Shown here piece by piece: positions 54,701-64,000 of a stretch of DNA of 64,000 nucleotides. Origin of the DNA: Camelus dromedarius. Taxonomy: Eukaryota. The translations under genes were made by a program, and so were the position numbers. Where the stretch lies: contig NC_087436.1 of assembly GCF_036321535.1 (NCBI RefSeq), forward strand, positions 99,760,001 through 99,824,000. The letters are read 5' to 3'. The notes under the pieces were generated by a model. The model saw nothing but the letters and a program-made list of their open reading frames with translations, was not told the DNA's origin and made no database searches. Each line of letters starts with the position of its first letter. The first letter of the stretch is position 1.

Positions 54701-54805
54701 AGTAGTAATGATTCTATAACTCTATTAATATGATTTTAAAAAGCCAGTGAATACACAGTTTAAAAGGCTAAGTCTCATGGCATATACATTATATCTTAAT
54801 AAAGC
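51795..54805 (+). mobile_element. L1MB/MC-like element: 5' region, ORF1, ORF2 endonuclease remnant, large internal gap at ~54400, then 3' UTR
   Basis: ORF1 motifs at 52350-52780; endonuclease motifs ('AGAGATTGGCAGAATG', 'TATATATGCATCTAAC'); 'GAAATAGATAAATTCCTAGAA'; 3' end 'TATATCTTAATAAAGCT'. Confidence 0.9.
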
Positions 54806-56530
54806 TTTACTGTTTTCCATAGAGGGTGTACCAATTTACATTCCCACTAACAGTGTACCAGTGTTCCCTTCACTCCAGATTCTTACCAACACTTGTTATT
54901 TCTTGTCTGTTTGATACTAGCCATTCCAACAGGTGTGATGTAATATCTCATTGTGGTTTTGATTTACATATCTCTAGTGATTAGTGATGTTAAGAAACTG
55001 TTTCCCATTGGGCATCTGTATGTTTTCCTTGGAAATATGTATATTTAGATCCTCTGCCCATTTTAAAATAGGATTGTTGGGGTTTTTATTATTGAGTTAT
55101 GTGAGTTCTTTATGTGTTTTGGATATTAACCCCTATTGGATACATGATTTGCAAAATTTTCTTCCATTCCATAGGTTGCCTTTTAATTTTTTTGATGGTT
55201 TCCTTTGCTGTGTAGAAACTTTTTAGTTTGATATTGTTTCACTTGTTGATTTTTGCTTTTGTTGCCAAATCCAAAAGATCATTGCCAAGACTGTTGTTGA
55301 GGAGCTTGCCTGTTACGTTTTTTCCCCAGGAGTTTTATGATTTCAAGTCTTACATTCAAGTCTTTAATCTATTTCTCATTAATATTTGTGTATGATGTAA
55401 GATAGGAGTCCAGTTTCATTCTTTTGCATGTGGCTATCCAATTTTCCTAACACCATTTATTGAAGAGACTGTGCTTTCCCTATGATACTCTCTTGGCTCT
55501 TTCGTCATAAATCAACTGACTATATATGCATGGGTTTATTTCTGGGCTCTCTCTTCTGTTCAATTGATCTTTGTGTCTGTTTTTATACATTTTATAACAT
55601 TCTGTCTTGATTATTATAGTTTTGTAATACAGTTTGAAATCAAGATACATGATGCATATAATGCATTCAGGTGATTCTTCAAGATTGTATTGGCAATTTG
55701 GGGTCTTTTGTGTTTCCATACCAGTTTTAGATTTGTTCTTTATATTTCTGTGAAAAAAAATTTTTTTTGATATGGATTGCATTGAATCTGTAGATCACTT
55801 TGGGTAGTATAAACATTTTAACAATATTTTAATTGTTCCAATTCATGAGCATGGAATATCTTCTCATTTATTTGCGTCGTCTCCACAATTTTTTCATCAA
55901 TATCTTATAGTTCTCAGTGTGCAGGTTTTTCCCCTCCTTGGTTAAAATTATTCCTAGGTATATCATTCTCTTTGGTGCAATTGTAAATGGGATTATTTTC
56001 TTAATTTCTCTTTCTTATAGTCCATTATTAGGGTATAGAAATACAGTAGATTTCTGTGTATTAATTTTGTATGCTGCAACTTTTCTGAATTTGTTTGTTC
56101 TAAGTTTTGAGTGGAGTCTAGGGTTTTTTATATATAGGATCATGTTATCTGCAAAGAGAGACAGTTTTACTTTTTCTTTTCTAACTTGGATGCCATTTAT
56201 TTATTTTTCTTCCCTAATTATTTTGGCTAGGACTTCCAATACTATGTCAAATAAAACTGGCAAGAGTGGGCATCCTTGTCTCATTCCTCATCTTTGATAA
56301 AAAACTTTCAGCTTTTGCCTTAAGTGTGATGTTAGTTGTGGGTATCACATGTATGACCTTTATTATGTTGAGGTACATTCTCTCTATACCCACTTTGTTG
56401 AGAATTTTTATCATACATAAATGTTGAATTTTGTCAAATGCTTTTTTTTATCTATTGAGATAATCATGTAATTTACACCCTTCATTTTGTTAATGAGGTG
56501 TATTGCACTGATTGATTTCTGGATGTTGAA
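54806..56530 (-). mobile_element. L1 ORF2 (RT to C-terminal) fragment, antisense
   Basis: ORF 55480-55782 contains [13 protein letters not shown]...[16 protein letters not shown], typical of L1 ORF2p. Confidence 0.95.
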
Positions 56531-58879
56531 TATATTTTCTTTTCTTCATTCCACGTTCCACCTTTCCTGATCCCTTATCTCCACCCTAATTCCTTATGAC
56601 AAACCTATGTATTTGAGTCTCTTTCTCAGCTTCTGGTTTTTCTGTGAAACATGAACTAAGGCAGACATGTATATGGGTAATTAGGTAATCTGGCACAATC
56701 AGACTGCCTCCTTGAAGTACTCACTGGTGACTGTAATATCACAAAATCTTGCCTTGTATTTAACAGTCTTCTTTCCAATACCCATCTTTTCAGTTTCCGT
56801 GTGACCTGAATTATTGCTTCACGTGTCTTCACATATATATTATTTTGACAGCAGCTAAAAACAGATTTCTGATCATGTTTTCCTCACAAGCCCTGCCTAT
56901 TAGGAAATACTCTCTGCACAGTTAAAAAACTTTCATTGTCTTTTAAATTCTTGTTATTTATATGTTTCTCTAGTACATCTACAAATTTGAGAGGGCATCT
57001 CCTAATTTTAAAGCCCATCTGGCTACTTATCCAAGTATCATTGACTGTGTCTGGATTGACCATAAATAGAAAAACAGAAGAGAAGAAAAGCACATTTTTT
57101 TAATCTTAGAAAAGTATATTTATTTAGAGAACTCAGAAAATTTTAAATGATACTTTTATACTAAAGATAAATCAAGCAAACTCTGTAGTAATTATCTGTT
57201 TTGACTTTAGAAATTGACTACGTTATAAACACTTTTATTGAAAGGTGAATACACGAGTACCCAGAGGCCTTTTCAATGGAGCTACAATTAGATGAAACTA
57301 TATTATTCTTTAGCATGCTGTGTTTCCCATTACTTGGTGATCAAAAGAAAAACTACAAAGAAGATCAGTAGGATGCAAGATTGATTACAGACTGATTCAG
57401 CAGTGTAATCACTAGCTCGTGCAATCTCAGCATCAATGGGATCCCCAGAGAGCTAGTTGCTATCTGATAGCACTGTAGAGGGAAGAAATCAAATGACTTC
57501 TGGAATGTAGATTGGTTTGGGTTGCATTAAACAGGAAAGGATTACATCTCACACTGTCATCCATCCTGGCATCCGAGAGCAGTGCATCTAAAACATCTCA
57601 TTTCCACGGAAGGTATACATCAACTTTGCTGTATAGCCTGATTCAGCAACTCCTGGAAAGAAAAGGAAACTGCACAATTGCTATGTGAAAGCAGCTGCAA
57701 TTAATTATAGTGTGCTGTTGGTGCTTCTTGCCAAGGACACAAGACTAATTTTTCATTATTATTCAGTTTATATCCCTTATGTTGATCATTCTTCCTTAAT
57801 ATTATAAATCCCAAACATAGTATTTCCTGTCTACAATAATATTGCAATAACTATTGAAAGGAAATGGGAATAAGGGAAGAAACAATGAAAGGGGAGACTG
57901 AATTATTGGGATCTAGTTCGCTATCTGGCTATATAATTGTAAGTAAATGGTTTAACTCTTCTGTGTGTCAGTAAACTCATTTGAAAATGGAATAATTATA
58001 TTTGAAATTCCTGAATGCAGGAAGTCTGGATTTTACAATTTTTAATTTACTTAAAATTTTAGCTATGATTCTATGAATAATTAAATATAAGTTTCAAATA
58101 GAACATAGTCATTTTTAACACTGTTGAACCAAAATAACTGTAGTGAATAATTTGCATTTGTATTTTAGATCTCTCTTGTCCATTGGTTTAATAATGTCAT
58201 AGTTTAGTATAAGGGGCAGATTAACAAAACAATTCTAGAAAATAATCACATAGAAAGCATATCATTGGAACATCAGGTTACTATCAGGGAAAAAAGGTAG
58301 AATTTATCCCTCCCTTTCTTATTTTCATAAGGGTCTTTTCAGACCCAAGCAAAATATAGTTTATAGAAAAAAGTCTTAGTATTTCTTGGTTCTCCTGAGC
58401 ATCATCACAGATCAACAAGAGAACCAGAAAGGGGCTGGTAAGAGTACACTGATGGTGCAAGAGGTCTTGGATACAAAGGCAGCAAACTGAACCTGGCAAT
58501 TTGTCTAGCAGGGGAGATGGTTTTAGCCTAACCACGAAAGGTCCTTTATAACAACTAACACATGGCAATCATTGTTATTCTAGGAAAACTTCCATTGAAC
58601 TACAACTACTGTTCCTAAGAAAGAGTTTGGAATTATTTACATAATTTTTATATCTAGGTTCCATGCTTATTCTAGGACTGCTACACATCTTCAGTGGCTT
58701 CTATTTCATATTCAGGTGTTTCATATTTTTCCTGTTCCTCTTTTTCATTAATATTCATGAACATTCTTTGGACTACATGGAATTAGAACTTGGGTATTTT
58801 TTGTTGTCCCTGTTTTATTCCTGAGGTTATTTTGATATCTAATATATTTCTTTGTTGTAATATTTCTATTGCTATTTAA

Positions 58880-59200
58880 CTTTTTACCAACACATTTAAG
58901 TCAAACCACAGTAATAGCTTCCTAGCTGGTGTTTTGCCCTTAAATTGTTATTTCTGTCAATCCATTTAATGTAGCACTGCCAAATTAATCTTGCTAAAAT
59001 ATAGATTTCATTCTGCCATTCTGTTCTTCAGAATTCATCAGAGTCTCCACTTAAATACAGTCTGAAGACACCTACCCTATACCACCCCCGGACTGGTATT
59101 AAAATCAATTTGAAGTGCAGTCTTGACACCATTTCCTAAACCTACACTCAAATTCTATTTATAATACATGGTCAATTGAGTTGGCCTTACTTTTGCTGCT
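58880..59200 (+). mobile_element. L2 fragment
   Basis: 'CAGTAATAGCTTCCTAGCTGG...AATCCATT...ATCTTGCTAAAATATAGATTTCATT'. Confidence 0.65.
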
Positions 59201-59899
59201 TCTCAAAGAAATGGATTAAGATTTCGCTAGATGTACCAATGTCAAAATAGACCCATAAAATGTGTAAAAATCACAGAATTTTAGAGCACACGGACTTTGT
59301 ATGCAGTTTTGTTTTGGTTTAGTTACATTGTGTTGTACCTAAACTAAACAATATAAACTATTAAGTACAAATCTGCAAACATTTCCCACTGTTTGTTCAA
59401 GGGATACTCTAAGTTTTTAAAATTTTGCTTGCAGAATTTTATCTGGTTATGTTTATTTAGCTTAAATCAAAGATATTTTGTGCAAGTTGTATAACATATA
59501 AAACACTAACACAAAAGTAGGTGCCATTAGTCAGATTTTTTGTTGATATGTGAAGTAAATTTCATAAATATTATACATCAAAAGATACAAACCATTAGCA
59601 CACACACACACATGCACACACACACTGGCCCTCTAGCAGAAACAAATAACTAAAGACTAGCAGATGCTGAAATAGTTTTTTTAGTGGTACAGATCAACAG
59701 AATAAAATAATTACCCATTAAATGAATTAGAAAGCTTTAGAAAAATTTAAAAATTAAATAAAAATGTAATTATTTTCACAGAAATATTAAAAAAATCCTA
59801 TAATTAGCAGATTTGAACTCTGCATTTTTCATATGTTCCACTGGAAGAGTATGCCTTTTCCCTGTTTAAGATTTGATTAGGAGTATGTTGCTCTAGGGG

Positions 59900-60325
59900 C
59901 AGTGTTTCTCAAAATGAGTCAAATTGTTGTCATGATAAATCTTTAGTGATTATGATATAATTAGAAAGCCAATATATTTTTTTGACAAATTTTTTTATTG
60001 TTTACTTGATTTACAGTCTTATGTTACTTTCTGATTCATAACTGAATACATAATGATTCAGTTATATATATTCTTTTTCATTATAGGCTGTTATGAGATA
60101 TTGAATGTAGTTCCCTGTCAAGTGCATTAGGACCTTGTTGTTTATCTACTTCATACATAGTACTGTGCGTCTGTTAATTCCAAACTCTTAATTTATCCCT
60201 CCCCAATTTCCCTTTGGTAACCATAAGTTTGTTTTCTATATCTGTTGGAAAGCCAGTATTTTCGAGAAGAATTTCTCAGATGACTCAAAATAGCAATCAG
60301 TGATGAAAGCTCCCCTTTACCTAGA
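59900..60325. mobile_element. MER5-like hAT element split by a young L1 tail
   Basis: Begins CAGTGTTTCTCAAAATG; resumes after the L1 with 'TTTCTCAGATGACTC...GATGAAAGCTCC'. Confidence 0.5.
59976..60247 (-). mobile_element. Young 5'-truncated L1 3' end with TSD
   Basis: Reverse-complement homologue of 16533-16743; TSD GAAAGCCAATAT (59964-59975) / GAAAGCCAGTAT (60248-60259). Confidence 0.88.
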
Positions 60326-60608
60326 GTCAGTTATTTTTCTTGTGGTACCACAGTATTTTTCTGTGTTGAATGCCTTACCTATTTTACCTGGCACTTATTT
60401 TTTTCTGCTTTGCTGAGCTATAATTGACATATAACTTTGTGTAAGTTTAAGATGTGCATCATGTCAATATGATACTCATGTGTGATGCAAAGCGATTACC
60501 ACCTTGATATTAGCTAACATCTTCATCCTGTCACTTAATTACCGTTTCTTTTCTATGGTGAGTACACTTAAGATCTACCCTCTTAGAAACTTTTGAATAT
60601 ATATAATA

Positions 60609-60814
60609 CAGTTGACCTTTGAACAACATGGGTTTGAACTACATGGGTCCACTTATATATGAATTTTTTCCATAAATACACACTATAATTCTACAAGATC
60701 TACAGTTAGTTGAATTCATGGATGAAGAACCATGGAGGCCAAGTGTAAAGTTATACTTGAATTTTTGTGCCGAAGTAGGCGCCCCCAACACCTGTATTTT
60801 TCAAGGGTCAGCTA
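60609..60814 (+). mobile_element. MER8-like TcMar-Tigger MITE nested in L1
   Basis: TIRs CAGTTGACCTTTGAACAACA ... TGTATTTTTCAAGGGTCAGCTA, followed by TA. Confidence 0.88.
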
Positions 60815-61112
60815 TACTTTGTTGTTAACTATAATCACAATTCTGTGTATTAGATCCCCAGAACTTTTCATCCTCTCACTGGAAGTTTGTACATTTAACC
60901 ACATCTCCCCATTTTCCCCATTCTCTAGTCCCTGGCAACAACTACCCTACTCTGTTCTGATGAATTCAAATTTATAGATTACACTAAGTGATACCAGGCA
61001 ATGTTTATCTTTCTCTGTCTGACTTATTTTATTTACCACAATACCTTCAGGGTCCATCCATATTGTCACAAGTGGCAGGATTTCCTTCTTTTTCATGCTG
61101 AATAATATTCTT

Positions 61113-61114
<2 letters not shown>

Positions 61115-61144
<30 letters not shown>
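61115..61144 (+). repeat. (GT)~15 microsatellite inside L1 3' UTR
   Basis: Direct reading. Confidence 0.95.
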
Positions 61145-61147
<3 letters not shown>

Positions 61148-64000
61148 AGACAAATACACATGTGACATCTTCTTTATCCATTCATTAATTGACAGATACC
61201 TATGTGGTTTCCATTATCTCAGCTACTATGACTAATATTGCAGCAACATAGGAGTGCATACATCTCTTCAATATTCCGTTTTCATTTCCTTTGGATGTAT
61301 AGATGTGATTCCAGATCAATTCCAGAAGTGGAATTGATTGATCATATGGTAGTTTTGTTTTTAATTTATTGATAAATCTTTATATAGTTTTCCATAGTGA
61401 TTGTATCAATTTACATTTATATCAACAGTGCATAAGAGTTCTCTTTCCTTCAAATCCTTGACAACACTTACGTCTTGTGTTTTTGTTGAAAGCCATTCTA
61501 ACATGTATGAGGTGATATCACATTGTGGTTTTTATTTGTATTTCACTGATGATTACTGATGTTGAAAACCTTTTCATGTACCTGTTAGGCATCTGTATGT
61601 CTTCTTTGGGAAAATGTTTATTCAGCTCTTCTGCCCATTTAAAAAAATCAGATTATTTCTTCTATTAATGTTTTATAAGTTCTTTATACATATTACATAT
61701 TAAGCCCATATCAGATATATGGTTTGCAAACATCTTCTATTTTGTGAGTTGCCTTTTCATTTTGTTGATGATTTCTTCTGCTGTGAAGAAGCTTTTTAGT
61801 TTGACATAGTCCCTCTTACTGATTTTTGCTTTTATTGCTTGTGCTTTTGGTGCCATATTAAAAAAATCTTACCAAAACCAGTATCAAGGAATTTATTTCC
61901 TATTTTTTTCTTCTAGGAAGTTTTTCAATTTCAGTTCTTATATTTTACTCTTTAATCCATTTTAAGTTAATTTTTCTGAGTGTTGTAAGATAAGGATTCG
62001 ACTTCATTTTTTTGCACATGGTTATCCAGTTTTCCCAACACCATTTAATGAAGAGACTATCCTTTCCCCATTGAGTATTCTCAATTCCCATATCAAACAT
62101 TAGGTGACCATATATGTAGGGTTTCTTTCTGGGCCCTCTATTCTATTGCATTATTTTATGTGTCTGTTTTTATGCCACTTCTGCACTGTTTTGATTAATA
62201 TATCTTTGTAGTATAGCTTTAAGTGTGATGCCTTGGGCTCTTTTTTCTTTTCTTTTCTTTCTCAGGATTGCTTTGGCTATTCAGGGTCTTTTTTGGTTTC
62301 ATACAAATTTTAGGATTGTTTAATCTCTTATTCTGAAAAGTGGCATTAGAATTTTGATAGAAATTGCACTGAATCTATAGATGGCTTTGAATGTTGTGAA
62401 AATTTTAACAGCATTAATTCTTTCAATCCATGAACATGAATATCTTTTAATTTGTAGTGTCTTCAGTTTCTTCCATCAATGTCTTATACTCTCAGGTACA
62501 AGATCTTTCACCTCCTTGGTCAAAATCACTCCTAAGTATTTTATTGTTTTTGATGTTACTGTAAATAGGATTATTTTATTTATTTCTTTTTTTCAGATAT
62601 TTTGTTGTTAGTGTATAGAAATACAGCTGACTTCTTAGTGTTGATTTTGTATCCTGCAACTTTTTGAATTTGTTGATTACTTTTAACAGTTTTTTGATGG
62701 CGTCTTCAGGATTTTCTACATATAATATTATACCATCTGCAAACAGGGACAAGTTTACTTCTTCCTTTCTGATTTAAATGCCTTTTCTTTCATTGTCTGG
62801 CCTGATCTGATTAGGACTTCCAGCACTGTTTTGCATAAGATTGGTGAGACTGGGCACCCTTGTCTTATTTGTGATCTTAGAGGAACAATGTTCAAACTTT
62901 CACTATTGAGTTTGGTGTTTGCTATGGGTTTGTCATATATGGTCTTTATTGCATTCAGGTTTGTTCCTTTTACATGCAATTTGTTAACAGTTTTTTTATT
63001 GTAAAACAATGTATTTTGTCAAATGATTTTTATAGTTCATTTCATTAATGTGGTGTATTATAGTTATTAACTTGGGCGTATTGAATCTTTGCATCCTAGT
63101 GATAAAACCCCGTTAATCATGATGTATGATTCCTTAATGTGCTATTCAGATTTTTCTTAATATTTTATTGAGTAACTTTAAATCAATATTCATAGGAGAA
63201 TTTCTCTGTAGTTTTATTTTATTGTAGTATCTTTATCTAGCTTTGGTATCAGGGTTATGCTGGTCTCATAAAAAGAGTTCGGTTCTGTTCCTTTATCTAC
63301 AATTTCTGAAAGAATTTGAGAAGGATTGGCACTAATTCTTTTTAAAATGTTTGGTAGGCTTTACCAGTGAAACCATTTGGTCCTGGGCTTTTCTTTTGGG
63401 AGGTTCTTGGCTACTAATTGAATCTCCTTATTCATTATTATACTTTTAATATTTTCTATTTCTTTATGATATAGTCTTTGTAAGTTGTAAGTTTCTAGGA
63501 ATTTATCCATTTTTCTAGATTACTCAATTTGTTGGCATTCTAATGTACATAGTAGGCTCTTAAAATACTGTGTATTTCATGGTATCAGTTGGAATGTCTC
63601 TTTGTTCATTTCTGATTTATTTATTTGAGTTTTCTCTACTTTAGTTAGTCTAGCTAAATATTTGTCAGTTTTGTTTTCTTTTCAGATATAAACTTTTAGT
63701 TTCATTGATCTTTTCCATTGTGTTTCTGGTCCCTATTTCATTTTATTCTTTGCCAATCTTTGTTAGTTTCTTTCTTCTTCCAACTTTAAGCTTATCTTGT
63801 TCTTCTTTTTTCTAGTTCCATAAAGTATGAAGTTAAGTTGTTTCAAGAGGTCTTTCTTTTTTCCTAGTAATACTGATTTATTGCTGTACACTTTCCTCTT
63901 AGGACTGCTTTTGTAGCATCTCACAGGTTTAGTATAATTTTTTTCTCCATTTTTATCTAAGATATACTTTTATTTCCTTTTTGATTTCTTCTTTGACCCA

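Larger units (their letters stand above)
60400..64000 (-). mobile_element. Long L1MA/MB-like element (3' UTR plus ORF2), continues beyond the window
   Basis: ORF 62755-63009 contains IYDKPIAN and RQGCPVSPIL (L1 RT); ORF 60947-61168 contains KKEILPLVTIWMDPEGIVVNKISQTEKDKH. Confidence 0.97.

Noticed and set aside
496..63009. The 60-126 aa ORFs of the ORF track as standalone genes
   Set aside because: Short, compositionally biased, often non-ATG starts; many overlap L1/LTR/SINE debris; expected by chance
37820..64000. Segmental duplication among 38-39 kb, 55-56 kb and 61-63 kb
   Set aside because: Similarity is explained by independent L1 copies of related subfamilies

Overview
AT-rich, CpG-poor mammalian genomic DNA, probably intronic/intergenic. 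It is most likely camelid, based on a Vic-1-like tRNA-derived SINE at ~8.42-8.51 kb and two young L1 3' ends of artiodactyl/camelid type. Much of the window is decayed transposable elements: L1 fragments, L2, MIR, MLT1/LTR16/LTR33-type LTRs, solo ERV LTRs, hAT-Charlie and Tigger DNA transposons, and one class III (ERV-L) provirus remnant whose reverse-transcriptase motifs are still readable. No intact gene or long ORF is present; the listed ORFs are chance ORFs or L1/ERV debris. The best non-repeat signal is a candidate + strand terminal coding exon at 19609-19769, with a phase-compatible candidate 18-nt microexon at 5622-5639; I cannot name the gene. I found no convincing novel biological system. 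Repeat family names come from my recognition of consensus motifs rather than a database search, and boundaries are approximate unless TSD/TIR evidence is given.
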